Source: a virus. From it: 64,000 nucleotides of DNA. The stretch is from the IMG/VR virus record IMGVR_UViG_3300027377_000018; one strand, written 5' to 3'. The position numbers were made by a program, and so were the translations under genes. This document shows positions 40,030 to 50,580 of this stretch, piece after piece. Positions within the stretch are counted from its first letter, which is position 1; each line of letters opens with the position of its first letter. The notes beneath the pieces were generated by a model. The model saw only the letters and a program-made list of their open reading frames with translations, made no database searches and was not told the DNA's origin.

Positions 40030-40551
40030 ATGAACCAGATCCAGCTTTCCGACACGCAAGCCGTCATTCTCAGCGCAGCCTGCGCCCGCGACGACGGTCT
40101 CGTATTTCCCGTCACTGCCAAGATCAAGGGTGGAGCCGTCGGCAATTGTCTCAAGAGCCTTCTCAAGCGTGGCCTGATTGAGGAACTGCCGGCGAGCGAT
40201 CCCGACACCGTCTGGCGCCACGACGAGGAGCGTGGCTCCATCACCTTGCGGGCGACGCCACTTGCCTATTCTGCCCTCGGCATCACCGAGGAAGAGATCC
40301 CGGACACCGGTGCGTCAGGCGACAATCCCGCACCGCAGAAGGTTCAGCGCAGGGGAAGTAAGCAGGCTCTCCTCATCGAAATGCTCGAGGCACCGGAGGG
40401 CGCAACAATCCAGCAGGTCGTCGACGCCACCGGTTGGCAGCCCCATACGGTACGCGGCGCGATCGCCGGCGCGCTGAAGAAGAAGCTTGGCCTGAATGTC
40501 GTGTCCGAGAAGGTCGAAGGCCGCGGTAGGGTCTATCGCATCGACGCGTAA
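40030..40551 (+). CDS. DUF3489 protein
   Basis: LSDTQAVILSAA...SKQALLIEML...TGWQPHTVRGAIAGALKKKLGL...GRVYRI. Confidence 0.8.
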   Translation: MNQIQLSDTQAVILSAACARDDGLVFPVTAKIKGGAVGNCLKSLLKRGLIEELPASDPDTVWRHDEERGSITLRATPLAYSALGITEEEIPDTGASGDNPAPQKVQRRGSKQALLIEMLEAPEGATIQQVVDATGWQPHTVRGAIAGALKKKLGLNVVSEKVEGRGRVYRIDA

Positions 40552-40596
40552 GCAACGCTTAGACGGAAGGCGCCGCTCCTTCGCCGGGCGGCGCTT

Positions 40597-40824
40597 TCAC
40601 GTTCTTGCCCTTCGCACCCGAAGCACCTCGAAAACACGGCGTAGCGAGTAGCTACGTACGATGGATGCCGCGGTGAAGATCGCGCCGATCAACAAATTGT
40701 CGGTCAAAGACGCTTGTAGCCCGAACAAGGGAAACACCAACATCTGCGCCATGACAGCGACGCCATAGCCGACGACGACGTTGGTCACGGCCTCAACCAA
40801 CGACATCGTACGCGACTGCTTCAT
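40597..40824 (-). CDS. Small membrane protein
   Basis: MKQSRTMSLVEAVTNVVVGY...RSYSLRRVFE; two hydrophobic helices. Confidence 0.65.
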   Translation of the reverse strand: MKQSRTMSLVEAVTNVVVGYGVAVMAQMLVFPLFGLQASLTDNLLIGAIFTAASIVRSYSLRRVFEVLRVRRART

Positions 40825-42080
40825 GCTGATGCCCGTGCAGTCCGTAGGTCGTCGAACGTCCGATCCTCGCCATGGAGCACCGCAGGCTCACCGGTGAACT
40901 GCTGCCAGCGATCGATGGCGACATCGACATAGGCCGGGTTCAATTCGATCCCAAGACAAACGCGGCCGGTGGTTTCGGCTGCGATCAGCGTCGTGCCCGA
41001 GCCCATGAACGGCTCATAGATGGCCTGCCCCGGGCTCGAGTTGTTTAGGATCGGGCGACGCATGCATTCGACGGGCTTCTGCGTGCCATGGACCGTCTCT
41101 GCGTCCTGATCGCGGTGGGCGATCTGCCAAAGCGTCGTTTGCTTACGGTCACCGGACCAATGCCCTTTGCCCGTCTTTTTCACCGCATACCAGCAGGGCT
41201 CGTGCTGCCAATGGTAATCGCCGCGGCTCAGGACCAGGCGGTCTTTGGCCCAGATGATCTGGGAGCGGACATTGAAACCCGCAGCTTCGAGGCTTTCAGC
41301 GACGACCGCCGCATGCAGGGCGCCATGCCAGACATAGGCGACATCGCCCGGGAACAGCGCCCAGGCCTCACGCCAGTCGGCGCGATCGTCGTTCAGCACC
41401 TTGCCGGTGCGTTTGGTAGCGGCGGCGCCTGCCTTGTTCCGCCATGCCGGATCGTAGTCCACGCCATAGGGTGGATCCGTCACCATCAGCAGCGGCTTCA
41501 CAGTCCCAAGCAGCCGCTCGACATCGGTTGCCATCGTGGCATCGCCGCAGAGCAGCCGATGGTTTCCGAGAATCCAGAGATCACCCGGTCGGGTGACGGG
41601 ATCCTCAGGGGCATGAGGGATCTCGTCCTCGCCCTCTCGGGCGGCAGAGTCGTCGTCTTCGATTCCATCGAGCAGCGCGCTCAGCTCCGCCTCATCGAAG
41701 CCAATCAGCGAAAGGTCGAACGCGTCCTCGGCCAAGCCCTTAAGCTCGTCCGAGAGGAACGCGTCGTTCCATTCCCCGAGCTCCGTCAACCTGTTGTCGG
41801 CGATGCGGTAAGCCCGTCGCTGCGCTTCGCTCAGGTGATCGAGCACGATCACCGGCGCATCTGATAGTCCGAGTTGTGTCGCCGCCAGGATGCGACCGTG
41901 GCCGGCAATCACCTCACCATCGCTCGACACCAGCACCGGCACGGTCCAGCCGAACTCCGCCATGCTGGCAGCGATCTTCGCCACCTGGTCCGGACCGTGT
42001 GTCTTGGCGTTGCGCGCATAGGGGCGCAAGCGGTCGAGCGGCCAGGTCTCGATCGCTTCGGGAGCGAAGCTGAGGGTCAT
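40821..42080 (-). CDS. ParB-N-fused site-specific DNA methyltransferase (N6A/N4C)
   Basis: ParB-like N-terminus (LRPYARNAKTH...AGHGR), TDPPY, HGTQKP, EPFMGSGTT. Confidence 0.9.
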   Translation of the reverse strand: MTLSFAPEAIETWPLDRLRPYARNAKTHGPDQVAKIAASMAEFGWTVPVLVSSDGEVIAGHGRILAATQLGLSDAPVIVLDHLSEAQRRAYRIADNRLTELGEWNDAFLSDELKGLAEDAFDLSLIGFDEAELSALLDGIEDDDSAAREGEDEIPHAPEDPVTRPGDLWILGNHRLLCGDATMATDVERLLGTVKPLLMVTDPPYGVDYDPAWRNKAGAAATKRTGKVLNDDRADWREAWALFPGDVAYVWHGALHAAVVAESLEAAGFNVRSQIIWAKDRLVLSRGDYHWQHEPCWYAVKKTGKGHWSGDRKQTTLWQIAHRDQDAETVHGTQKPVECMRRPILNNSSPGQAIYEPFMGSGTTLIAAETTGRVCLGIELNPAYVDVAIDRWQQFTGEPAVLHGEDRTFDDLRTARASA

Positions 42081-42264
42081 GGGTGTCCGAAGATCGAAGA
42101 TCGGGTGGATGCCAGCGCTGCTGGATCGGATACCGCGGTGGACTCCGTGCGGGGTCCAGCGACAACCAATGGCGCCGGTGCGGAAGTCTTTAGTTCGTCG
42201 GGGTTTCAGGGACCAGGCGCGCGGGGCTGGACTCCGGGTGGCTTCCCAAAAAATCCGGCCTGTC

Positions 42265-42321
42265 GCTAGCGATCTATCGCGCCACGCCCGCCCGCATACG
42301 TTTGTTGCCGGGAAGGACCCG
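42265..42321 (-). other. Putative cos site (cosQ + cosN-like)
   Basis: Minus strand CGGGTCCTTCCCGG-N15-GGGCGGGCGTGG-CGCG-ATAGA-TCGCTA parallels lambda CGGGTCCTTTCCGG...GGGCGGCGACCT-CGCG-GGTTT-TCGCTA. Confidence 0.7.
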
Positions 42322-42450
42322 TGATCTTTCGGTGGCGTGGGATAAGAACCGCGACGCGCGCGCCTCTCCCGAGGATAGGCCTAGACCTACCGATTTCGGC
42401 CGTCTTCGTCTCAGCGAAAAGTGTCCGCCGCACACCTTACCCGCCGCCAC

Positions 42451-42891
42451 TCATCGCTGCGCCGCTTGAGCCAGCGCGATCACTTTCCGCTTCGACAGAT
42501 TTCGGTTGAACCGACGCCGGTTGAGGTGGAGCGAGATCAAGCACAGCCCGTAAAGCCAGTGCTGATGCGCCGCTGAGCGTTCAAGACCGACGGTCCAGCA
42601 GATCGTTTTCCATCGCTCGCCGAAGGCCCGCATCCAGACGATCTTACCGTCGATAGGCTCGAGGCCGACGGTCCAGGTGAGCGTCTCTTCCATCCGGCTG
42701 ATGGCCTGTGGGGACGGAAGAATCCGCATCGGCTTCGGTTCCTGCCCCACCTTGTCACCAAAGCTGTGGATGATCTCCGGCCATAGGTTGAAGTAGCCCT
42801 GCACTCGGGGCTCCGGCAAACGCTTGAGCACAGACGCAGCCTCGGCCATACGTTCCTCGACGATGCTGGGTGTCCATTTGTCGCTGATCAT
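42451..42891 (-). CDS. Late-regulator-like protein (DUF6362-like)
   Basis: WTPSIVEERMAEAASVLKRLP...QAISRMEETLTW; position analogous to lambdoid Q. Confidence 0.6.
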   Translation of the reverse strand: MISDKWTPSIVEERMAEAASVLKRLPEPRVQGYFNLWPEIIHSFGDKVGQEPKPMRILPSPQAISRMEETLTWTVGLEPIDGKIVWMRAFGERWKTICWTVGLERSAAHQHWLYGLCLISLHLNRRRFNRNLSKRKVIALAQAAQR

Positions 42892-43145
42892 GACTGCACC
42901 TCCCGAAGCACGGCGGCGTAGCCGGCGATGTCGACCATGCTGTCGAGATGGTTAGGATCGAAGGTCAAGCGGGCGAGCTTCAGATCGATCAGGCAAAGAG
43001 CCACCTGCGCTGGTGTGATCGGTTGACCCAGGGTGATCGACCAACGCCTGGCGATGGCCGTCATGGATGCGGCAGGGTCGCCGTAGCCTTCGCGACGATT
43101 GGCGACGACGGCTGCCGCCTGCTTCAGCATCATTTCCCCGTTCAT
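42888..43145 (-). CDS. Hypothetical phage protein (DUF6378-like)
   Basis: RREGYGDP...DLKLARL...DSMVDIAGYA. Confidence 0.65.
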   Translation of the reverse strand: MNGEMMLKQAAAVVANRREGYGDPAASMTAIARRWSITLGQPITPAQVALCLIDLKLARLTFDPNHLDSMVDIAGYAAVLREVQS

Positions 43146-43663
43146 TCACCCCCACTCCCGATCCGGTTGGCCAGCGCCCAATCGAGGACGGCCAGCGCAT
43201 CGGCCTCGTTGTCGTCGACGGGGTCGAACCCGAGCTCTCGAACCGCGGCAATCACGGCCTCCTTGCCCGCGTTTCCCTTGCCGGTGATGTGACGCTTGAT
43301 GGTGCCCACCGGTACGGCCTCGTAAGGGATGGCGTGGTGTTCGCACCAGGCCGTGACGTGGGCGAGAAAGCCACCATAGGCATGTGCGGCATCGACACCG
43401 GCATGCCGTCGGACCTCCTCGACGAAGACCGCTTCCAAATCACCAGCGGCCTGCTTGATCTCGGTGAGCCAACGCCTGAAGCGCAGGAAGCGCATGCCGC
43501 CGCCCTGCCAGCGGTCATTTCTGAACTCGACCGTGCCGCTGGTAATCTGCCCGTCGCGCCCTCGAAATGCCCATCCGGATCTGGCTCCAAGATCAAGGGC
43601 GAGAACCGCGAGACGATTTCCTTCTGAATTCGTGATTGGTTCGATTGGTCCAGGTTCAGTCAT
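43142..43663 (-). CDS. RuvC-like Holliday junction resolvase
   Basis: LALDLG...VFVEEV...GTIKRHITGKGNAGK...DDNEADALA. Confidence 0.85.
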   Translation of the reverse strand: MTEPGPIEPITNSEGNRLAVLALDLGARSGWAFRGRDGQITSGTVEFRNDRWQGGGMRFLRFRRWLTEIKQAAGDLEAVFVEEVRRHAGVDAAHAYGGFLAHVTAWCEHHAIPYEAVPVGTIKRHITGKGNAGKEAVIAAVRELGFDPVDDNEADALAVLDWALANRIGSGGE

Positions 43664-43704
43664 CGCGGGTCTCTAGCACATCGGTTGTGGTCAGCGGCGC
43701 GGTT

Positions 43705-44010
43705 TGGAAACGGAGCCTTGGCAATGGCCCCGCCGATCGCCGGTGGGAGGAGTGTGTGTTGCCAGGCACACTCCTCCTCTTTAGGGGAGGTGGAAACGTG
43801 GAAATCTCTGAAATCGTTGATGTTTTCGGCCGTTGGCAACGCTTGGCAACGGCAACGGCGCCAAATCGTGATTTCCGTTTGAATTCAATCGGTTGATGGA
43901 ATTTCCAGGGGGGCGATTCCTGGCAATTGCCAAATGGCAACGTGGCAATTGGCAACGCAGACCGGCCCTTCCTGGTTTGGAAAGCAAAGGCTGGAAACGG
44001 TGGAAACGGA
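43705..44010. repeat. Clustered GGCAA(C) and TGGAAAC short repeats, candidate replication origin
   Basis: Seven direct and one inverted GGCAA in 43835-43955; TGGAAAC at 43705, 43791, 43992 and 44001; located just downstream of the primase-helicase. Confidence 0.45.
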
Positions 44011-44023
44011 GCAGCCATGGGCA

Positions 44024-46200
44024 TCAACCCTCCGCCTCGTCGGCGCCATGCACGAACTGCCCCACGCCGCGGGCAAAAGGCCCCGTCGGGATGTCCAGCC
44101 ACTTGTCCTCCTTGGAGCCCGAGGCCATGCCCTTGACCAGCGCCGGAGGACGTCTGTTGAGTAGGTCCTGGACCATGTCCTGGAGGCGCTTGCGGCCCAT
44201 CTCGTGGAACGCAGATGGCAGTCGGTGTCGTTGCTGGTAGACCCCGGAGCCACCTGTATGGGTGAAGGGATGACCGTTCTCGGCCGCCCGGGCGATGGCG
44301 GCCACCAGAGTGTCGATCAGATCCTGTTCGGGGAGACGGCTTTCACGCAGACGCGGCGTCACGTCGACGAGAAGACCGGTGGGTGCTCGGAGGAATGTGC
44401 GAATGGTCCGGTCCGCCGGTCCGTTGGCCTTGACCGCCGCGCCCTGGAATACGGCATTGCGGGCGAAGGGCTCTTCGAGCGCCTTGAAGACGAAGCCCTG
44501 GTGTTCCTCGGGCGCCGGCCACAACGCGTAGACCAGACGCACCCCATCGACGATGGCGCTGGTGCCGCGCACGGCGTCGCGAGCCTGTTCGACCGTCGAG
44601 ATCGGGCGGTTGCCCTGAGGTTTGCGCATATGGTGGGCAACGATCACCGCCGCGCCGGTCTCCGTCGCCAGGCTCGCGAGCAGTCCCGTGGCGAAGCTGC
44701 CTGCCGCCGGGTCAGAGGTGACGTCGGCATGGATGAAGGACGCCAGCGGGTCGAACACCACTAGCTTGAGATCGCGTAGTCTCAGGATCTGGTCTCGCAC
44801 CATGCGGAATTGGGGGGTGATCTCGGGACCATCCTTGCCAGACACCACCAGCGGAATCGGCCCACCCGCATTGGGCAAAGGCACGACGATCAGCCGTTCG
44901 GGCTTCTCGAGGCGTAGTTCCTCGGGATCGAGCCGCTGCAAACGACGATGGATCTCGCCCTGATCGTCCTCGGCAGTGAAGATGACGGCGGTGCCGAACT
45001 CCCGCACCGCGCCGCCGAAGGCCGTGGGTTCCGGGCTGACCGAGACGGAACGGGCCTTGCCGGTCGCCACCGATAGGGCCAGATCCAGGGTCATCATGCC
45101 CTTACCGGTGTCGCCCATGGCGGCGAGGATTGAAACCACGCCCAAAGGAAATGCCCCCTCGACCAGAAAGTGCTGTTCGGGCGCATCACCGGCGTAACGA
45201 CTGGCATCCCAATCGGAAAGATCCAGCGTCGTCTTTTCGGGCCGAATGGACTGGCGTTCGCAGGTCGCGATGAAGTTAGTGACGTCCAAGCCTTCAGCCA
45301 CGGCATCGGCCGCATCCCATTTTTCCGGCTTGCTGTCGGGAGGAAGGAGCACGGATACGGAAACAGCTCCGACACCCAGCACCGCCTGAGCTGCGGTCAT
45401 GGCGTACCGCCAACCGGGCTCGTCCTTGTCGGGCCAGATCACCACACGCTTGCCTTCCAGCGGCGACCAGTCGGTCTTCTCGACCGGGGCCGAGGCGCCG
45501 TTCATGGCCGTGGTGGCGCAGAGCCCGTGATCGATAAGAGCCTGAGCGGCCTTCTCGCCCTCGACCAGAATCACTTCGGACGCCAACTTGACGCCCGGCC
45601 GGTTGTAGAGCGGTCGCGGGTCGGGCGCCTTCATCTTGCGGTTCAGCACGTCCCACGGTCGGAACTGCTTTCCACAGGGCGGATCGTAGCGATACACACA
45701 GGCGATGAGCCGGCCGTCCTCGTCCAGATAGTCCCACTTGGCGGTAACCGGCCCCAGGTCGTCGGTCGGCGGGGTCTTGGACTGGGCCGCCCGGTCGTCG
45801 TGCAGGGTGCGGCTTCGGCCATCCAGCCATTCGCGGATGTCGTCCATGATGGTGGGAAAGTCGGTCCGAGTGTCCCGTCCGGTGACGGCCGCCCACAGCC
45901 CGATGATGTCGCCGCCCTCCTTGGTGGCGAAATCGTGCCACATGCCGGCCTTGGGACCGACAAGCTCTACCGTCAGGCTGTCACCGCGATTGCCGTGGAC
46001 GTCACCGACCAGGAACTTGGCGCCCTGGAACACACCACCCGGCAGCAGATAGGAAAGAACGCCGCGAATGTTCACGAGCATCCGGGATTGATGTCCTCGG
46101 TGCTCTCGGCGTCATCCCACGGCCGGGTGCCGTCGAGGCGCTGCGGCTCGGCATCGTTGAAATCACGCCAACGATCCAGGTTCACCACGTCACCGCTCAT
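44024..46200 (-). pseudogene. Primase (TOPRIM)-helicase (AAA_25), frameshifted at ~46088
   Basis: ILVEGEK, WPDKD (TOPRIM), AMGDTGKG, VVFDPL. The ATG at 46200 overlaps the upstream stop (ATGA) but is out of frame unless one A is added at ATC AA(A) TCC CGG ATG. Confidence 0.75.
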
Positions 46201-46958
46201 GCTCCGCTCCTCCAACAGCGGTCGGACCAGGAACAGAAACGGCATTCATGGAAGTCGGCGGATTGGGCAACGCGGGGCAACAGTTCCCCGGCCTCGGTCG
46301 CCTGGATGATGCGCACCGCCTTGTCGCTCGCGGCTTGAGCCAAGGCACCGTCGAAGGGCACCAATTCGTGATGGAGTTCCGCCGTGTCTTTGTTGACGGC
46401 GGTGAACAAAGCCGGGTTCTTCGAGATGCCCGGCACCGTCGCTTCCATGTAGGCCTGATATGTGGCGATCTGCGCGGCATAGACAGGCTTGGAGATCGCG
46501 ACGCCGCGCTTCGCCGTGTCCTTCCAGGATTTGGAATTCAGCGATTTGCATTCCCACAGCACCGGGAAGCCAGGCAACACGGGACCGGCATTGATGATGC
46601 CGTCCACATGGCCGCGGATACGGCCGCCGGCAACCGAGAACCCGAACTGCTCGCCATTCGGCCGATTACCCTTGGTGGTGTAAAGATCGAACCCAGCCCG
46701 ACGCAGCCAGCCGATGGCCAGATCCTCGAAGACATGTCCGGCGGCAAAAATGCGCAGCGTCTGGCCGTCGAAATCGCCGCCATCGTCCTTGGGCGCATCG
46801 GCATACTCGAACTGCAGGGCGCGCTCGCAGGCCACGCCCAGGCGAGAGCCGCCGAGATAGTCGCGGGGCGCGCGCGTGGCATTCTCAGCCACCAGAGCCT
46901 CGTCGATCAGGGTGTTGATCCTCTTGGCGAAGCTGGCCGAGTGATTGAAGTCCAACAT
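46197..46958 (-). CDS. PD-(D/E)XK exonuclease (Cas4/RecB-like)
   Basis: YLGGSRLG.AC, GHVDG...LWECKS, QIATYQAYM, ECRFCSW. Confidence 0.8.
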   Translation of the reverse strand: MLDFNHSASFAKRINTLIDEALVAENATRAPRDYLGGSRLGVACERALQFEYADAPKDDGGDFDGQTLRIFAAGHVFEDLAIGWLRRAGFDLYTTKGNRPNGEQFGFSVAGGRIRGHVDGIINAGPVLPGFPVLWECKSLNSKSWKDTAKRGVAISKPVYAAQIATYQAYMEATVPGISKNPALFTAVNKDTAELHHELVPFDGALAQAASDKAVRIIQATEAGELLPRVAQSADFHECRFCSWSDRCWRSGA

Positions 46959-47365
46959 CAGAAAGGGATCTCCGTCTCATCACCCTTGGAGGTGGCCAGC
47001 ATGGCGTTCTGAAAGCCGTCAATGGCGACCTCGATCAGGGTCAGCACCTGACTCTCAGTGAGATCGATCAGTCGGGTTTCCCAGCCGATCTCCTCCATGA
47101 CCTCGGCGACCGTCTTCATGGCTGACCGGATCGCCGCCTGTTCCGGCTCGGTTAGGTCAACCATGCCCAAACCCCGCTTCGCCAAGCGCGACCAAAAGCC
47201 CTGGCAGGCCATCGAGCAAAACCAGACCGATTGCCGGAGCCGCTTCAAGCGCACCGGGTCGAACCAGCCAAAGCCACGGGCCGGACGTCGACAGACGGCA
47301 CAAAGAGCACCACGCGGATGCCACAGTCGCAGGCGGGCGGCAGCAGTGTCGGATAGCGGGGCCAT
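46958..47365 (-). CDS. Hypothetical protein (Zn-finger + DUF6511-like)
   Basis: CAVC...FCSMACQ followed by a helical MVDLTEPEQAA domain. Confidence 0.6.
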   Translation of the reverse strand: MAPLSDTAAARLRLWHPRGALCAVCRRPARGFGWFDPVRLKRLRQSVWFCSMACQGFWSRLAKRGLGMVDLTEPEQAAIRSAMKTVAEVMEEIGWETRLIDLTESQVLTLIEVAIDGFQNAMLATSKGDETEIPF

Positions 47366-47368
47366 GGA

Positions 47369-49051
47369 TCATGCGGCCCTCCGGTCGCTTGAAACCGAGG
47401 TCCGCACCAGCTGCTGGATCGCCTGCTTGTTGAACGTGAAGGTCAACAACGCCGAGGCCTGATACCGGGTGAGACCGAAGTCTTGCCGGTAGCTCGCAGG
47501 CAGGTAACGGAGTTGCTTCTCCGTCGCCGGCTGGTTCAGCCAGTTCCTGGTCTTGTGGGCGCTCTCGTCGGTCTCGTTTTCGTTAAGCCAGTCGTCGGCG
47601 GCCGCCAGGCAGACGGTGCGCTCGCCCACCGCCAACAGCCGCGAGCGCTGCCCCTTGGCACCACCGATGGCATGCCAGCGACCGTGCAGGAAGAAGATCC
47701 CGCCCCAGGCGTTGAAGCCGTTGGCGACCAGCGCCGCGTCATCGCCGAAGAGATCGCACCAGCGGAAGCTGGAGCGCTTCAGGAGGTCGATCTCCGACAT
47801 GACGAAGTCGGCAAGCGGCGTGGCCTCGCTCTCGCCGGCTCCGACTGACTCCCAGAGATAGCCGCAAAGGGGACACTCGCGGACCGCCAGCGGTACCTGC
47901 GCGCTGCAGTCCGGACAGTCTTTGGTCGGGGCCTCGCCGTCGCCGGCCTTGCCATCCAGATTGACGTCCTGTTCAAGGCAGCCGTGCAAAAGGGTCGAGG
48001 TGCCGAAATCGAGCACGATGCAGTCGGTCTTGACCACGCTGGGGAACTCGTTCGGATCGACGGTGCGCAGCCCCCGCCCGACCATCTGGATCATGGTGGA
48101 CTTGTAAGAACTGGGGCGTAGCAGGACGACGCAGCTGGTCGGCTGGTGGTCCCAGCCCTCGGTCAGCACTGCCACGTTGACGATGACCTGGGTGTCGCCC
48201 TTTTCGAAGGACCGCAGGACGGACCGGCGATCGGCCTCGCCCATGTCACCCCAGACCATGTCGGCTGGGATCCCATCGGCGACGAAGGCCTCGGTGACGT
48301 TACGAGCGTGATCGACGGTGGAGCAGAATATCACGGTTTGGCGGTCGCCGGCCTTTTCCCGCCAGTGGCGGATCACCGCCTCGGTGATGGGCGCTCGGTT
48401 CATGATGGCGTCGACCGCTTTCATGTCGAAGTCGTCGACGGTCTTGCGGACACTCTTGAGGGCTTCCTGGGTGCCGACGTCGATGACGAAGGTGCGCGGC
48501 GGTACGAGATGACCCGATGCAATCAGCTCGCCGATGGAGATCTGGTCGGCCACGTTGGAGAAGACCGGACGTAGCCCCTTCTTGTCGCCTCGGTTGGGCG
48601 TGGCGGTGACACCGAATACCCGAACATCCGGATTACGGTCCTGAGCTCGGTCGATAATCCGCCGATAGCTGTCGGCGGCTACGTGATGGGCCTCGTCCAC
48701 GACCAGCAGATCGAGCACCGGCATGGCGTCGAGATTCGCCTTGCGGGCCAGGGTCGGCACCATGGCGAAGGCCGTCCTTCCCCGCCACGACTTCGTGCGG
48801 GAATCGACGATAGAGGTGCTGATGGCCGGGTTGACCTTGGCGAACTTGAGGACGTTCTGAGCCGTCAACTCGTCGCGATGCGCCAACACGCAGGCCTTCG
48901 CACCGTTGTTCGCCAGCATCCGGCCAACCACGCCCGAAAGCATGATCGTCTTGCCGGCGCCGGTCGGCGCGACACCCAGGGTGTTGCCGTGTTCGTCGAG
49001 GGCGCGCACGCTGCGTTCGACGAAGGTCTTCTGCCGGGGGCGGAGCAACAT
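47369..49051 (-). CDS. DEAD/DEAH SF2 helicase
   Basis: APTGAGKT, VVDEAHH, TATP, QMVGRGLR, Zn ribbon CPDC..CPLC. Confidence 0.92.
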   Translation of the reverse strand: MLLRPRQKTFVERSVRALDEHGNTLGVAPTGAGKTIMLSGVVGRMLANNGAKACVLAHRDELTAQNVLKFAKVNPAISTSIVDSRTKSWRGRTAFAMVPTLARKANLDAMPVLDLLVVDEAHHVAADSYRRIIDRAQDRNPDVRVFGVTATPNRGDKKGLRPVFSNVADQISIGELIASGHLVPPRTFVIDVGTQEALKSVRKTVDDFDMKAVDAIMNRAPITEAVIRHWREKAGDRQTVIFCSTVDHARNVTEAFVADGIPADMVWGDMGEADRRSVLRSFEKGDTQVIVNVAVLTEGWDHQPTSCVVLLRPSSYKSTMIQMVGRGLRTVDPNEFPSVVKTDCIVLDFGTSTLLHGCLEQDVNLDGKAGDGEAPTKDCPDCSAQVPLAVRECPLCGYLWESVGAGESEATPLADFVMSEIDLLKRSSFRWCDLFGDDAALVANGFNAWGGIFFLHGRWHAIGGAKGQRSRLLAVGERTVCLAAADDWLNENETDESAHKTRNWLNQPATEKQLRYLPASYRQDFGLTRYQASALLTFTFNKQAIQQLVRTSVSSDRRAA

Positions 49052-49063
49052 GGATACGCCCTC

Positions 49064-49693
49064 CTACTGCGCCCAGGCGGGGCGGTTCGGAGCACCCGTC
49101 GGCTGCGCGTCGGGCGCAGATGTCGTGGCACCAGGGGCAGGCGCCGAGGGGGTAGCCGGGACACCGCCGGGCTTCCAGGTGCCGCCGGACTGGCTATAGG
49201 TCTCCCAGTCCTTGTGATTGGGCGTGACGGCGAAGCGGATCTCGTTCTTGGCGTCGCCGTTCTGGTCCTTACCGACGTCGATCTTGGCCAGAAACTCGAT
49301 GCCATCGAGATCGGCGAACCCGTTGATGCGCCGTGCCGTCTGGGCCTGGGGCGAGTTGTCCTTGTCCGACAGTCCGCGAGCAGAGTTCAGGATGCCCCGC
49401 ACGAAGGAGCGGCCCATGTTGCCCCACTCCGGGCCTTTGAGGCTCAGGAGACCGATCAGGCTCCAGACCTTGCGGCGGGCGTAGGCGCCTTCGAGGAGCA
49501 CGAACTCGGCGTTCAGATAGACCGAGCCCGTGGTCTCGTTGCGGGTGGCATAGCCGCCGGTCCAGCCCTGGGCTGGGTCATCGTAGCCGCCCGGCTTGAG
49601 GGTCATCCTGACCGGCACGATGGTGCCCTTGGGGATCAGGTCGTAGGACGTCTGGGAGTCGGCGTCGTTGAAATCGTTCCAGGAACCGGTCAT
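49064..49693 (-). CDS. Phage SSB-like protein
   Basis: WNDFNDA...LIPKGT...GEY-type OB core with a Pro/Ala-rich tail ending PAWAQ. Confidence 0.65.
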   Translation of the reverse strand: MTGSWNDFNDADSQTSYDLIPKGTIVPVRMTLKPGGYDDPAQGWTGGYATRNETTGSVYLNAEFVLLEGAYARRKVWSLIGLLSLKGPEWGNMGRSFVRGILNSARGLSDKDNSPQAQTARRINGFADLDGIEFLAKIDVGKDQNGDAKNEIRFAVTPNHKDWETYSQSGGTWKPGGVPATPSAPAPGATTSAPDAQPTGAPNRPAWAQ

Positions 49694-49695
49694 GG

Positions 49696-50580
49696 TCAGG
49701 ACGCTCCTTCATCTTCTTGGGTGACGGGGGTATCGGCGGGCTGGGAGGCGGGGCGGCCAAACTCCAACCTCTCGCTCGCCGGTTTGACGGGACCGCCGAT
49801 TTTCTCCATCAAGCGGCCGAGATGGGGTTCCTCGATCTGATCAAGGCGCCCGCTGCGATCCTTGGCGGGATAGCCGAAGGGGTTCAGGGTCTGGCAGACG
49901 AAGGCCCGGAAGGGATCGCCGTCACCCTGGCCGATCTCGGCCATGGCGATGACCTCATCGACGATGCCGGGAAGCTCGTTGCCGGTCTTGGAACCCTCGA
50001 TCTGCGGGACGAAGACCCGGCGATTGAAGTCGTCCAACTTCTCGTCGAGGATGCCGACGAACCAGACGTTCTTGCCGCGGGTGTGCTGGAGATGGGTGAG
50101 CCAGGCGATCATCTCCTGGCCGTGCAGACCGTAGGCGCCGCGCATGTCAGGCTTGCCGGTGCGCTCCGAGATCGCCTGCGGCTGGCCCTTGCACCACTGG
50201 AAACAAAGGCGCCCGGCGACGGTGATGCTGTCGATGAAGACGGTCTGGTACTTGTCGAGGGTCGCCGGATCGCCGAACCGCTCACGGACAGCCTCGAAGT
50301 GCGCCTGGCTGTAAACCTGGTCCTCGCGCAGCGCCGGGTTCGGCCCGCCGATGAAGACCGCAAAGTCGCGACATTCCTGCCAGGTGCGCGGACGGATGGT
50401 GTCGCCCGGCCAACCCTCGATGGCGAGATCACCGGCCTCGAGGTCGAAGAACAGAGTGGTCGATGCCTCCAAGGTCCAGAGCAGCGATGTCTTGCCGATG
50501 CCGGACTTGCCGAAGATGCAGCCCTTGATGCCGCGGCGTTCGGCGAGACGCTGATCCGCCGAGATGATCGGGAGGCTCAT
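49696..50580 (-). CDS. AAA_24 (Sak4-like) ATPase/recombinase
   Basis: GKSGIGKT, FIDSIT, AKDRSGRL. Confidence 0.8.
   Translation of the reverse strand: MSLPIISADQRLAERRGIKGCIFGKSGIGKTSLLWTLEASTTLFFDLEAGDLAIEGWPGDTIRPRTWQECRDFAVFIGGPNPALREDQVYSQAHFEAVRERFGDPATLDKYQTVFIDSITVAGRLCFQWCKGQPQAISERTGKPDMRGAYGLHGQEMIAWLTHLQHTRGKNVWFVGILDEKLDDFNRRVFVPQIEGSKTGNELPGIVDEVIAMAEIGQGDGDPFRAFVCQTLNPFGYPAKDRSGRLDQIEEPHLGRLMEKIGGPVKPASERLEFGRPASQPADTPVTQEDEGAS

Noticed and set aside
43656-44102. 148 aa ORF between primase and RuvC-like gene
   Set aside because: Low-complexity translation of the repeat array, overlapping the primase end; more likely non-coding origin DNA.
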